Part shown: positions 27,067-37,142 of the stretch, one piece after another
Layout of the letters: each line of letters opens with the position of its first letter
How positions within the stretch are numbered: the first letter of the stretch is position 1
Virus record (IMG/VR): IMGVR_UViG_3300044971_000875
Span: 1 to 57,683 of that record
DNA from: a virus
Taxonomy: Duplodnaviria > Caudoviricetes
Direction: 5' to 3' (one strand)
Length of the DNA stretch: 57,683 bases
The notes under the pieces: model-generated
The model's input: only the letters and a program-made list of their open reading frames with translations
Databases searched by the model: none
Told to the model about the DNA's origin: nothing
Made by a program: the position numbers and the translations under genes

Positions 27067-27218
27067 CGTTTTGATTTCCTTAATCCAAATTTAGCAAGGT
27101 ATACGTAGATTGTTTCTACGCTTGCCCCACACTCTTTGGCAATGTCTTGTGGAGACTTTTTATCCATAAGGTATCTCTTACGAAGCCAAGTTTCACTTGT
27201 ATACAGTTTACCAGTCAT
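27063..27218 (-). CDS. Small HTH DNA-binding protein (start revised from 27269)
   Basis: WLRKRY...KS..DIAKECG.S..TI..YL.KFGL. Confidence 0.8.
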   Translation of the reverse strand: MTGKLYTSETWLRKRYLMDKKSPQDIAKECGASVETIYVYLAKFGLRKSKR

Positions 27219-27222
27219 AGTA

Positions 27223-27867
27223 TTATTTGTCAACCTCAGTCTCATTAATTTCATAGTTAAACCTATCACTGTCTTCTAAGGTCCATTTGTCTTGATTCTC
27301 TACGTCCCACTTATAATCATTAATTATTCTATCAATAACATATTCCTTTTTTAAAGTAAAAGAAGGTTCATAAATACGAACTCTATTGTTTGGCTGTATA
27401 GCAAAGTTCCCATCGTCTCTTTGTATAACATGACCACATTTATGTTCCGCTGGATTCTCTGAGTACCCGTCATCTAAAACATTGGAGTCTGGATTGTGCC
27501 AGTCAAGTGTAAACAAATATGTCCCCTTATGCATAGTCTTTGTTCTATCAATGTAAGACATTTTAAGATTTGTTAAGTTTTCAAATTTTGTTACAGATAT
27601 ATGATGACTAAAGGCATTCCATAAAACCAAATTGTGTATGTCTTGTTCTTGTACTCCAGGTTGTGTACAGAATGCGCTGATTGGCATTCTCCACCACAAA
27701 CCACCATCTTCCATCATTATGTGGAATAAGGGACTTCTACTTTTAATACTAGCAACACCAAATATAACACATGGAAAATATTTATCATGACTATCTAATT
27801 GATTTCTTAAATAGTTTCCACGCACATAACATTCTATAGGTGGTATGTTTGCATTTAATTCTGGCAT
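27223..27867 (-). CDS. Conserved phage hypothetical protein
   Basis: LNANIPP, R.PISAF, G.YLFT.DW, EHKC.H, QPNNR. Confidence 0.8.
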   Translation of the reverse strand: MPELNANIPPIECYVRGNYLRNQLDSHDKYFPCVIFGVASIKSRSPLFHIMMEDGGLWWRMPISAFCTQPGVQEQDIHNLVLWNAFSHHISVTKFENLTNLKMSYIDRTKTMHKGTYLFTLDWHNPDSNVLDDGYSENPAEHKCGHVIQRDDGNFAIQPNNRVRIYEPSFTLKKEYVIDRIINDYKWDVENQDKWTLEDSDRFNYEINETEVDK

Positions 27868-27870
27868 TTT

Positions 27871-29331
27871 TTAACCTATCCCTCTAATAATTTTAATTAT
27901 TTCTTTATGATTTAAGTATTGTTTAGACTGATCTTGAAAAACCGCTGAATTAATCATTATTTCTGCATTATTTTTTATATTTTTTGATAAAAATTGATAC
28001 TCGTTTAAAATTGCATCATTGTCAAACAAATTAAGACCTGCCATGACAACGACAAAGTTTAATGGTAAAAACATAGCATAAGAAGAATCTTTTCTAAAAT
28101 CCTCTTTAATTGGAAGTTTTGTTTTCCATTTTTCTAAATTATATTTTAAAGATTCTGGTATGTCTATAGTTAAAATATTTTTCCAAAATTCGGTATCATT
28201 TCTTTTTGTTAAATAATGTAAAACAATAAAGTCTCTAATATTTTCTGTAATATTTTCAAATGACTCATTATATTCTTTTATAACTCTTTCGTTATAATTT
28301 TGAAGTCTATGCATTAATAAAAAACTTTGTTGAATAGTTAATCCAATTGATGTTGCCTCTAGTGGTTCAAAAAAACATCCACTTAATCCCATTGCAACAC
28401 AATTTTTCGTCCATACAGTTTCTAAAGCCCCTGGATCAAAATTAAAAGTTTTTCCAACTTCTATTTTGTAACCAAGTTCTTTTTCTACTTCTAACTTTGC
28501 TTGATCGGCATTTATAAAATTATTATCATATATGTATCCATTTCCATGTCGTCCCCAAGTTGGTATTTTAAATCTCCAACCAGAATCCATGGCTTTTGCT
28601 AATGTCCAAAAATTATAATTATCTTCGTCAACAGTTGGAAATGTAATTGCAGAGTTCAATTTTAAATATTTATTAAAAGATTTCCATTTAACATCTAATT
28701 TATTCATTAAAACTCGTTTAAATCCTGTTGCATCTATATAAAAATCACTTTTATATTTATTTTTTTCTCCCACTACATAATCAATAAATCCATTTTGATC
28801 TAATTCAACATATAAAATATTATCATCAAAAACATTGATTCCTTTTTCAATTGCTTTCTTTTTTAAAAAATCATTTAATTTAAATGTATTAAAATGATAT
28901 TGATTTGTTACTGGTGTATTATCTATGTTTATTGCTTGAGCAATAACTTTATTTTGTAAAACACTATCTGGATAAATGTATTGTAAGCCTTCAGATATTT
29001 GTTTTGCGTATACGTGTGAATATTGACCAACTATATTGCTAAATGGTGGACCAACCGTATGCATATATTTTTTATTTTTAATCCAGCCATCAAACATAAT
29101 TCCAATCTTAAATGTTGCATCACATTCTGTAATGATTTCACTACCTTTAATTCCAACAAAATCCATAAACTCTCTAAAATGTTCTGTTGATCCTTCTCCT
29201 ACACCAACAATTCCAATATTTGAAGAATATACTAAATTAACCTCTAAAGTGCTACGTTCTTTTAAAATAAGTGCAGAAATTAAGCCAGCAGTTCCCCCAC
29301 CAACAACAGTTAAACTTTTCACATGTTTCAT
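27871..29331 (-). CDS. Flavin-dependent (tryptophan halogenase-family) halogenase
   Basis: GGGTAG, GVGEGS, ATFKIGI (catalytic K), DATGF, GWRFKIP, FFEPLEATSI. Confidence 0.9.
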   Translation of the reverse strand: MKHVKSLTVVGGGTAGLISALILKERSTLEVNLVYSSNIGIVGVGEGSTEHFREFMDFVGIKGSEIITECDATFKIGIMFDGWIKNKKYMHTVGPPFSNIVGQYSHVYAKQISEGLQYIYPDSVLQNKVIAQAINIDNTPVTNQYHFNTFKLNDFLKKKAIEKGINVFDDNILYVELDQNGFIDYVVGEKNKYKSDFYIDATGFKRVLMNKLDVKWKSFNKYLKLNSAITFPTVDEDNYNFWTLAKAMDSGWRFKIPTWGRHGNGYIYDNNFINADQAKLEVEKELGYKIEVGKTFNFDPGALETVWTKNCVAMGLSGCFFEPLEATSIGLTIQQSFLLMHRLQNYNERVIKEYNESFENITENIRDFIVLHYLTKRNDTEFWKNILTIDIPESLKYNLEKWKTKLPIKEDFRKDSSYAMFLPLNFVVVMAGLNLFDNDAILNEYQFLSKNIKNNAEIMINSAVFQDQSKQYLNHKEIIKIIRGIG

Positions 29332-29906
29332 TTATTTTTTACCGTGTTCCACTTGTCCCAATTATTAATAGCCCAATGCCCAATACCACAAGCGTCAGCA
29401 ACGTCATTATCATTAATAACTTTATTATAATTAATTTCAATTAGTTTGATAGTTCTTTCTTTCCTAATTTGTCTTTCATATGTTTTATACCAAGAGTCTG
29501 ACTTTCCTGGGTTCTTTGATCTAATTACAACCTGTTCCTCTTTTGTTATTTTTTTATTTCCTAAATAGTTTTGCCAAGTTATTGGTGCTACAGTTCCTAT
29601 AACCTTTGTTCCAGTTAGTCCTGCTGCTCCTAATAGCGCACCTTGGACTAAAGCCAAATCCGCAGCAGTTTTAGGGCTATTCATAAAAACGGTATGCTCA
29701 ATTACAATTGTTTTAAATCCACCATAATATTCAAAAAATGCTTTTGTCTTAGCACAAGCATCCATAACTTTTTCATAATTTGTATTTCCTTCAAACCTAA
29801 TCTTACCAATACTTTCTAGATTGTTATTATTAAAAATAGCAAAGGCAAGACTATTAGTGCTTGCATCAATAGCACAAACTGTTTTTGAATTACCACTGTT
29901 GTTCAT
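29328..29906 (-). CDS. RuvC-like Holliday junction resolvase
   Basis: AIDAST, IVIE, ND.ADA.GIG. Confidence 0.85.
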   Translation of the reverse strand: MNNSGNSKTVCAIDASTNSLAFAIFNNNNLESIGKIRFEGNTNYEKVMDACAKTKAFFEYYGGFKTIVIEHTVFMNSPKTAADLALVQGALLGAAGLTGTKVIGTVAPITWQNYLGNKKITKEEQVVIRSKNPGKSDSWYKTYERQIRKERTIKLIEINYNKVINDNDVADACGIGHWAINNWDKWNTVKNK

Positions 29907-30183
29907 AGTCAATAAATCCTTTTATTTGTTTTAACATTTTATCTACTTCTTTTTTATTTATATTGCAATTAGGACAAAATCCAGAGTCATTATATATTGA
30001 CAGTTGTTCTCCACAGCCACCAAAGCAAAGTCTTTTTTTGCCTATTCTTTTTTGTCTACGAGTTATTTGATACCTTTCGGCTATCTTTATTTTGGTGGCT
30101 CCTTCTCTACAAACATCTCCACAATAAATTTGATAACTTACCTTTGGTGTAAATTGGGTCTCGCACCTTTCACATAGTTTCAC
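29890..30183 (-). CDS. Zinc-finger hypothetical protein
   Basis: C..C..F...Q.YC...C and C..C motifs. Confidence 0.7.
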   Translation of the reverse strand: MKLCERCETQFTPKVSYQIYCGDVCREGATKIKIAERYQITRRQKRIGKKRLCFGGCGEQLSIYNDSGFCPNCNINKKEVDKMLKQIKGFIDYEQQW

Positions 30184-30185
30184 AT

Positions 30186-31049
30186 TTATTCATCTTTCTC
30201 GTCCTTTAATAATTTCATAGGTTTAATCTTAATTGTTCCGTCTCCTGCTTCAGCACATGCCTTTTGAATAGGACACACTTTGCAAATTTTTGAATTTGAA
30301 CGATAAGGAATTTCTGGTAATTGTTTATCTTGCCAACTCTTGTAAACTACTCTCATCCATTCAAATGTTTCATCTACCCAAGTACGATACTGATCATTTA
30401 CTACAACGGGCAATGTAAGTAGTTCATGATTGTTTTTATTTTCATAAATCATTACACCCTTGCCAATTTTCCAAACCTTCATATACATTAGTAATTGCAT
30501 TAAGTGACCCATTTTAGGTTTTCTACTTAATTTTTTATGTTCAAAGTCGTCGTTTCTTATTGTTTTAATTTCACCAACAAGTCTTTCACCTTTATAGTCA
30601 ATCATGACATCTCCATACCCGTCAAAAGGTGGATCATCAGTTTTAACTCTAAACTCCATTGCTGGGTGAGTTTGCTTGCTATATTTTCTTGGTATTGGAT
30701 CAAACTCTAAATCTTGTGCAAGTAAACCAGAAGCCTCTATTGCATCTTGTATTCTTCCATGTCCGAGAGTTCCTTGTGTTCTATTTGCTACGCCAATGGC
30801 GTCTGAGTTATCATAAAATATTTGTCCATCAAACCCTAGGTGCCAATATCTTGGACACTCACCTGCGCCATAAGTCAAACCAGATGCAGAAAAATTATTT
30901 TTCTTAGTAAACTTTGGTTTTGTTTTAGTAAGATAGCCAGCATTTATGGCAGTATCTAAACCTTCAACAAGACTTTCGTCTTCTTCGCTATTTCTTTTTT
31001 TCTTTTTGGTATCTTTAATCATAACCTGTTTTAGTAAGTTTTTAGCCAT
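30186..31049 (-). CDS. Cas4-like PD-(D/E)XK exonuclease
   Basis: CPR, GT..H, G.GD, EIKT, Q...Y, C..C.....C. Confidence 0.85.
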   Translation of the reverse strand: MAKNLLKQVMIKDTKKKKRNSEEDESLVEGLDTAINAGYLTKTKPKFTKKNNFSASGLTYGAGECPRYWHLGFDGQIFYDNSDAIGVANRTQGTLGHGRIQDAIEASGLLAQDLEFDPIPRKYSKQTHPAMEFRVKTDDPPFDGYGDVMIDYKGERLVGEIKTIRNDDFEHKKLSRKPKMGHLMQLLMYMKVWKIGKGVMIYENKNNHELLTLPVVVNDQYRTWVDETFEWMRVVYKSWQDKQLPEIPYRSNSKICKVCPIQKACAEAGDGTIKIKPMKLLKDEKDE

Positions 31050-31071
31050 ATTTCATCCTTTGTTTATATTA

Positions 31072-31080
31072 ATTATAGCA
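31072..31080 (-). promoter_or_regulatory. Extended -10 promoter
   Basis: TGCTATAAT upstream of AAGGA SD. Confidence 0.65.
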
Positions 31081-31082
31081 GG

Positions 31083-31397
31083 TTAGCGCATTATGTATTT
31101 AAGCGCTGATACCAGATCGTTTATTGCTTGTGCTGCTGTAAAGTATATGTTTTTCTTTGCCCTGTCAGATTTGTCAACATTGGCCATCCAAGTGGCTTTA
31201 AAAGACATTTTTGCTGCAATGGCTTGTAGCCTTACAATTTCAAGGCTAGCAGCCTGAAGGGGGATATCTGGTTTTATAATAATTTTTGCGATCATAGTTA
31301 AAGCAACGGTCAATTCCTCATCTTGCATATAGTCTGCAATCTCTGTTAAACCATTTACCATGTCAAGTGTTGTTTTTTGTGATCCTGGTTCAGACAT
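31083..31397 (-). CDS. Hypothetical protein
   Basis: Helical ORF, AGGAG SD. Confidence 0.75.
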   Translation of the reverse strand: MSEPGSQKTTLDMVNGLTEIADYMQDEELTVALTMIAKIIIKPDIPLQAASLEIVRLQAIAAKMSFKATWMANVDKSDRAKKNIYFTAAQAINDLVSALKYIMR

Positions 31398-31689
31398 TAT
31401 ATTTCTCCTCTGTTAATTGTTCTAGCATGTTCATTTCAATTATGGCAAGTCTTACTTTTGTATTTCCTTCTCCAAGAATTACAACAATGGCTGGAGACTT
31501 ATCTCTACCTGCTTGAATAGAATCAGTAACAGCCTTTGCCCATACGTCCTTATTTAATGTAAAAGATTTGCTGGCTTCTTTAAAGTCAACAACAAATTCA
31601 CGCCATGTTGCATCGCCCTTCTGTGTGTTTCTACCAGAATTTTTATGCTGCTTAGCACCTATTCTTTTACTTTCGTTCTTTTCGCTCAT
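31390..31689 (-). CDS. Hjc-like PD-(D/E)XK resolvase/nuclease (start revised from 31758)
   Basis: NSGR...KGD......D.K. Confidence 0.7.
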   Translation of the reverse strand: MSEKNESKRIGAKQHKNSGRNTQKGDATWREFVVDFKEASKSFTLNKDVWAKAVTDSIQAGRDKSPAIVVILGEGNTKVRLAIIEMNMLEQLTEEKYNV

Positions 31690-31855
31690 AATCCTTCTTT
31701 GTTGGGGGAAGTAGGTTAACTTTTGAAATATGTTTTTGTGTACACATCCATGTCGCATCTCCAGTCTCTCTCCAATATCTTAAAGATGTTACAATTTCTT
31801 GGCAAGTTTTACATGGCCACTGGCCAGGATACACGGTAAAATTTTTTTCAAGCAT
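31667..31855 (-). CDS. Zinc-binding hypothetical protein
   Basis: C..C...W.C...H. Confidence 0.65.
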   Translation of the reverse strand: MLEKNFTVYPGQWPCKTCQEIVTSLRYWRETGDATWMCTQKHISKVNLLPPTKKDYERKERK

Positions 31856-32861
31856 TAATTATTTTTGCCTTAAGTTGTTCTTGTAAAATTAGGTCTTCTT
31901 TGACACGGTCTATAAACCCATCACGACCTTGCACCTTTGTTCCATCATCTAACTGATACCATGCTCCAGTTCTATTGACTAATCCCATTGATTCTGCGGT
32001 ATCAACTAAGTCCCCTATTGCATCAATACCAATATTGTCACCTCTAAAATAAAAATCATACTCACCAGATTGAAACCCTGGAGAGGTTTTAGAGAATTGT
32101 AGTTCCCAACGAATCTTTCTACCAATTTTTTCTTCAATTAATTTATCTCCCACTTTAATCTTTCCTTTAATTGCTTGATTTTCTGACTCAGAAGAAAACA
32201 ATTTAATTACGCAAGATGAATAGAATTTTGTAGCCTGACCGCCAGAAGGCTGTTGACTTGTGTACATCGCATTAATGTTATTTCTTGATTGTGAAATAAG
32301 AACAAGCAATGTCGGTTTTACCTTGTTGTTGGCATAGTTAAGCATTTTCCAGGCATTGCTAAAATCTCTAGACTCTGCACCAATCTGTTTTGTATTTTCA
32401 AGTGCTTTCATTTCGTCTGAATCTTTTTCAAAATATATTGCAGGAAGCATTGATGTAATTGAATCAATAACAATAAGATCAACTCCAGCATTTATAAGTC
32501 CAACACCAACATCTACCATGTCGCTAATAGTACGTGCTTGTGAGTAAATTAATTTTGTTGGATCTACCCCCATTTGTTTAGCCCAATCTTCTGAATAGGA
32601 CATTTCAGAATCAATCCATGCACAAGTCTTGCCTTCTTTTTGTGCTAAAGCAATCATTTGTAGACACATAGAAGATTTTGCAGATGACTTGCTACCCCAA
32701 ACAAGAACCTGCCTTCCGTATGGCAATCCGCCACCTAGAGCACGATTTAAACCAAAACTTGGAGTGGGCTGATACTCAAAATTAATTCCCTCTCCTGTGC
32801 CAAGACGTTTTCTAATTCTTGGGTCTAACTGTGCTAGTACATCTTGTATATTAACTGACAT
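31848..32861 (-). CDS. recA: RecA/UvsX-like recombinase
   Basis: GGGLPYGR, GSKSSAKS P-loop, IDSE, VIDS, GG.A.KF, GAWY. Confidence 0.9.
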   Translation of the reverse strand: MSVNIQDVLAQLDPRIRKRLGTGEGINFEYQPTPSFGLNRALGGGLPYGRQVLVWGSKSSAKSSMCLQMIALAQKEGKTCAWIDSEMSYSEDWAKQMGVDPTKLIYSQARTISDMVDVGVGLINAGVDLIVIDSITSMLPAIYFEKDSDEMKALENTKQIGAESRDFSNAWKMLNYANNKVKPTLLVLISQSRNNINAMYTSQQPSGGQATKFYSSCVIKLFSSESENQAIKGKIKVGDKLIEEKIGRKIRWELQFSKTSPGFQSGEYDFYFRGDNIGIDAIGDLVDTAESMGLVNRTGAWYQLDDGTKVQGRDGFIDRVKEDLILQEQLKAKIINA

Positions 32862-35800
32862 TTACATCCTCCATAATTACCGTGCCATCTTTGGTTTTAC
32901 CAAAACTAAATTTATATGATTTGCCTTCTTCAATGTGCATATATGCTTTTGGAAATGCCGTAGGAAATACTGTTACTGAGTGTAAGTCTCTTGAGGTATC
33001 TGCCAAAGTTAAAGAAGCCATTTTCTTTCCAGCCTTTGTTATTCTTGATTTAAATGAAACAACAAACATCTCATCTTCTGTATAAGGTAGTTGTTTATAA
33101 CTTAAAAATTTAACAAGTGCATTTGTAGATCCTTTTATTTCATCAACAGGAATTGCAGAAACAATCCTATTATCGTTAGCAAGAACCAAGTAAGTGCGAC
33201 CCGTTTCAACAGTTGTTGACTCTTCATCAAATACACCAACACTCCCAGTTTTGTCCAGAATTTCAACTCGTGACCAACCCTTTCCCCTTTTAATTGCTTT
33301 AACCATGCCCATTAAGATAAAAGATCCTTTTTCCTCAAAATCTTCAATTGATTGAATAAATGCATAATAGTGAGATGGAATAGAAACATTAAACTCTGGA
33401 AGATTTAAATACTCATAAAGATTTTCTTTAATGTCTTCATCATTACGTGGATTATCAGAAAATGTTGCAGCACCAGTTAGCCTAAGTGCATTTAGTGCTC
33501 TACTGTTTACGCCATTACCTTTTGTAAAAGTAAATTCTTCAAGTTGTTTATAACTAGTAAATGGTCTTGCATCAATATATTTTTGTGCAATATTATTTGA
33601 AATAAACTTAATTCCAGTTAGTCCAAAACGAATACCCTTACCTTCAATTTTAAAATCTAAACCTGAGTCATTGATGTGTGGTAGTTTAATTGAAATTCCC
33701 ATACGCTTAGCCTCAATTAAATATTCTGTACGACCATCTTTATCTTTTTCATTTTTAAGAAGAGCAAACATAAACTCAAGTGGGTAATAGTATTTTAACC
33801 ACGCCGTCCAATACGAGAGCGTAGAATAAGCAACCGCATGAGATTTGTTGAACGAATACCCTGCGTGTTCTTCAAAGTCTTTCCATAGATCCAAGGCCTT
33901 ATTAGGAGATATGAACTTGCTCGCCCCAGCAACAAACCTATCTTGAAATAAATTGAATTCTTTCGCATCTTTTTTCTTTCCAATAATCTTACGAACCTTG
34001 TCAGCCTCTGCCATTGTCATTCCACCAAGATAAACGCAAGCCTGCATAACTTGTTCCTGATACAGGATACACCCATATGTATCATCTGTAAATTCTTTCA
34101 TAGTTTGATGAATATAAGAAACGTTTTGCTTACCATGTTTACGAGCAATATAATCTTTTCCAATAGTATTCATTGCACCTGGACGGACAAGGGCATTGGA
34201 TGCTGCTAACTCATTAAAGTTTTTTACTCCCATTTTTACTAAAAGGTTTGTATATGGAGTTGCTTCACATTGAAATACACCCTTGGTATATCCATCTGAA
34301 AGCATTTCATATACTTTAGGATCTGCCATGTCAATAGATAAAAGATCAATATCCTTATAATGATTTTCTTTAACCATATCAATGCAATCTTTTACTACGC
34401 TTAAAGTTTTAAGACCAAGAGCATCAATTTTTATAAGACCAATTTTTTCAGCCTCTTCCATATCAACACCAACCACAGGAATGCGATCATCAGATCCAGG
34501 AGAAGAACGGGTTTCTAATGGCGCATATCTAAAGATTGGATTTTTACTAGTAACCACGCCAGCAGCGTGAATGCCCGTACCCCTAATACGGCCACGTAAT
34601 TGCTCTCCATAAATCTCTACCTCTGGGTATTTTTCTCTAAAAGATAATGTAGTTTTAGATGTGCAATATTCATCCCAGGTATCAACAAGTTTTAAAACCT
34701 TGTTAACATCTGTAAGTGGAATATCTAAGACTCTTGCAACATCTCGCACAACACCCTTATCTTTAAATTGAAGGAATGTTGCAATAGATGCTACGTGCCT
34801 ATACTGTCTAACTAAATAATCTTTTACTTCATCACGACGAGTATCTTGGATATCTGTATCAATATCGGGGAAGTCGTTACGTTCTGGATTAATAAAACGA
34901 AAGAACAAAAGACCATGTTCTAATGGATCAATGTCAGTAATACCAAGAAGATAACAAACCAAAGAGCCAGCAGAAGAGCCACGTCCTGGACCAACCAAGA
35001 TTCCCTCTTTCTTTGCCCAAGAAATCATATTTTGAACTACTAAGAAGTATGGTGCAAATTTTTTATCACGAATAATGTCAAGTTCTTCTGTTAGGCGAAG
35101 TTCATAGGCATCATTTCCAAGCCAGTTAGAATTTAAATTTTTTTCTTCTAGCGCAGCAAAGGCCAAGTTTGCTAATTCTTGATCTGGATTTTTGTATTGA
35201 ACTGGAAGTAAATCAAGACCATCTTTAATGTCATAGTCTTTTACTGTCTCTGCTAGTAATAGTGTGTTTGAGTATATGTCTTCTCTATCAATACCCTGTT
35301 TTTCCATTGCTGCTTTAATCTCTTCATAAGAAAGTAAGTGAATGTCAAATTTATTAAATGTTATCTGACGATCTTCCCCATAAAGATAGTCAAGGCGCTC
35401 CATCATAGAATCAATCTTTATAGATTTTGCATATGTGGTATCTTTTTGTACCTTAGCGTGAGTATTCATTAAAAGTTTAAACTCTTGAATATGCTTTTGT
35501 GATTCATCAGCGTGATGACAATCTGGCGTAACTACAACCTTAATATTAAATTCATCGGCAAGATCAATAAGGTATTTATTTATTTCTGGTGTATTGTGTG
35601 GCATAACCTCAATGTAGTAGTCGCTACCAAAGTTATCTTTAAACCACCCAATGTGTTTTTTAGCAAGTGCAAATTCCTGCTCTTCTAATGCCTTAACGAT
35701 AACGCTGCTAGGACAAGCAGATGTTACAATTATTCCTTCTTTATATTTTTGAAGAATTTCAAAATCAAACCTTGGCTTTTTAAAAAATCCATCTGTCCAT

Positions 35801-36138
35801 GCTATTTCACTAATCTTGTTAAGATTTTCTAAACCTTTTTGGTTCTTGGCTAGAAGGATAATATGATTATAAACAAGATCTTGTTGACCTGTTCTTTCAG
35901 ACTTATCTCTTTTATCTGATATGTCTGCACACATATATCCTTCTAGACCAAGTATTGGCTTAATACCCTTTTCTTTTGCAGAACGGTAAAACTCTCTGTG
36001 ACCAGAAAGTGAACCGTGATCTGTAATTGCAAGAGCGTTCATACCCAACTTGCTAGCACGGTCTACATACTCTTGTGGAGTTGCTATGCCGTCAAATAGG
36101 GAGTAGTGAGTATGAACATGTAAGCCTACGTAGTTCAT
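32851..36138 (-). CDS. dnaE: DNA polymerase III alpha subunit
   Basis: PHP HVHTHYS/TDHG, GRGSSAGSLV, PDIDTD, HAAG, KIDALGL, YSFNKSH. Confidence 0.96.
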   Translation of the reverse strand: MNYVGLHVHTHYSLFDGIATPQEYVDRASKLGMNALAITDHGSLSGHREFYRSAKEKGIKPILGLEGYMCADISDKRDKSERTGQQDLVYNHIILLAKNQKGLENLNKISEIAWTDGFFKKPRFDFEILQKYKEGIIVTSACPSSVIVKALEEQEFALAKKHIGWFKDNFGSDYYIEVMPHNTPEINKYLIDLADEFNIKVVVTPDCHHADESQKHIQEFKLLMNTHAKVQKDTTYAKSIKIDSMMERLDYLYGEDRQITFNKFDIHLLSYEEIKAAMEKQGIDREDIYSNTLLLAETVKDYDIKDGLDLLPVQYKNPDQELANLAFAALEEKNLNSNWLGNDAYELRLTEELDIIRDKKFAPYFLVVQNMISWAKKEGILVGPGRGSSAGSLVCYLLGITDIDPLEHGLLFFRFINPERNDFPDIDTDIQDTRRDEVKDYLVRQYRHVASIATFLQFKDKGVVRDVARVLDIPLTDVNKVLKLVDTWDEYCTSKTTLSFREKYPEVEIYGEQLRGRIRGTGIHAAGVVTSKNPIFRYAPLETRSSPGSDDRIPVVGVDMEEAEKIGLIKIDALGLKTLSVVKDCIDMVKENHYKDIDLLSIDMADPKVYEMLSDGYTKGVFQCEATPYTNLLVKMGVKNFNELAASNALVRPGAMNTIGKDYIARKHGKQNVSYIHQTMKEFTDDTYGCILYQEQVMQACVYLGGMTMAEADKVRKIIGKKKDAKEFNLFQDRFVAGASKFISPNKALDLWKDFEEHAGYSFNKSHAVAYSTLSYWTAWLKYYYPLEFMFALLKNEKDKDGRTEYLIEAKRMGISIKLPHINDSGLDFKIEGKGIRFGLTGIKFISNNIAQKYIDARPFTSYKQLEEFTFTKGNGVNSRALNALRLTGAATFSDNPRNDEDIKENLYEYLNLPEFNVSIPSHYYAFIQSIEDFEEKGSFILMGMVKAIKRGKGWSRVEILDKTGSVGVFDEESTTVETGRTYLVLANDNRIVSAIPVDEIKGSTNALVKFLSYKQLPYTEDEMFVVSFKSRITKAGKKMASLTLADTSRDLHSVTVFPTAFPKAYMHIEEGKSYKFSFGKTKDGTVIMEDVNVS

Positions 36139-36139
36139 A

Positions 36140-36796
36140 TTACCAATCTGTGTTGGTTGATGAAGTTACGGATGGAGTATCAAACCCCAAATAGAATGCT
36201 TCTTGCTCAGCATAAGGAATTTTCTTTAGTGCTAACTCAAGTGCATATGGCTTTAGTGCTGCCCAGTTAAATGGTTCTTTGTCTGGTGCAGATGGAATAA
36301 GTGTATAACTTGTTTCAGTTCCCTGACCATTACGCTTCACTTTCCATGTAAGATTTGAAATACTGCCTGTCTCCAGTGCGTATTCACGAATAGTATTAAA
36401 TGCAGATTGCTTGCTTACGCCCATTGACCAAATAGCCACATATGGCTCTTCAATTCCATCATCTACAAGTACGTTGCAATAAAAACGAAGACGTGCTCTC
36501 CAGCCAGCCTTTGGATCCTTGCGATGCATTTCTTCAGCCCAGTCACGACCTTCTGATTCCATAGTGTCTACAGCCTTACGCTTATAGTCCTTTGGATTTG
36601 TGTGTTCTTTAACAACAAGTGCTAAACCACGTTCTGCGTTGTAATTTGCAGAGTCTTCGTCAAGTTCTTCAACGAACCTAATTTTTGCAGACTGTCCATC
36701 GGCAAGTTTTAACCATCTTACCTTTGGAGAGTTTTCATCATACTTTGGCTTGTCAACTAGGGCATTAATGTTTTTGAGTCCCTTTACAATAGTCAT
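36140..36796 (-). CDS. Single-stranded DNA-binding protein (gp32-like)
   Basis: KL.DG.S..IRF, K.KRNG.GTETSY; position before dnaE. Confidence 0.75.
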   Translation of the reverse strand: MTIVKGLKNINALVDKPKYDENSPKVRWLKLADGQSAKIRFVEELDEDSANYNAERGLALVVKEHTNPKDYKRKAVDTMESEGRDWAEEMHRKDPKAGWRARLRFYCNVLVDDGIEEPYVAIWSMGVSKQSAFNTIREYALETGSISNLTWKVKRNGQGTETSYTLIPSAPDKEPFNWAALKPYALELALKKIPYAEQEAFYLGFDTPSVTSSTNTDW

Positions 36797-36822
36797 ATTA
36801 TTTTTTCTCCTTGTTTTTTATT

Positions 36823-37137
36823 TTATAGTACTAACCCAAAATGTTTTAAAATAAATATGATAGCAAGAGCACTCCATAATATATTAAACCAAATTAAAGT
36901 TGGTATAGTTTTTACTGTTGATGACCAGATTAGCCCCAAACTTGACACTAAAGCAAAAATGTAAAACCACCATATGCTAATATCAAATAAAAGGCCTGGA
37001 ATGATAATTAGGCCTTTGGCAACAAAAGCAAAAAACTCAACAGTATTGGCTTTAGTCCAATATTTTTTATGACCCATTGTTTTTAAAGCAATAACCCACT
37101 GCATGTTTTTATTTTTTGTTTTATTTTTCATGTTCAT
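36823..37137 (-). CDS. Membrane protein
   Basis: Three TMs; KTIPTLIWFN. Confidence 0.7.
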   Translation of the reverse strand: MNMKNKTKNKNMQWVIALKTMGHKKYWTKANTVEFFAFVAKGLIIIPGLLFDISIWWFYIFALVSSLGLIWSSTVKTIPTLIWFNILWSALAIIFILKHFGLVL

Positions 37138-37142
37138 CTTTT

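Noticed and set aside
30186-31049. Cas4-like gene as sign of CRISPR-Cas
   Set aside because: No array or other cas genes seen; solo Cas4-like nucleases are common in phage recombination modules
32851-36138. Intein or intron in dnaE (also checked terL, dnaB, recA)
   Set aside because: Lengths are normal, motifs contiguous, no intein splice motifs seen
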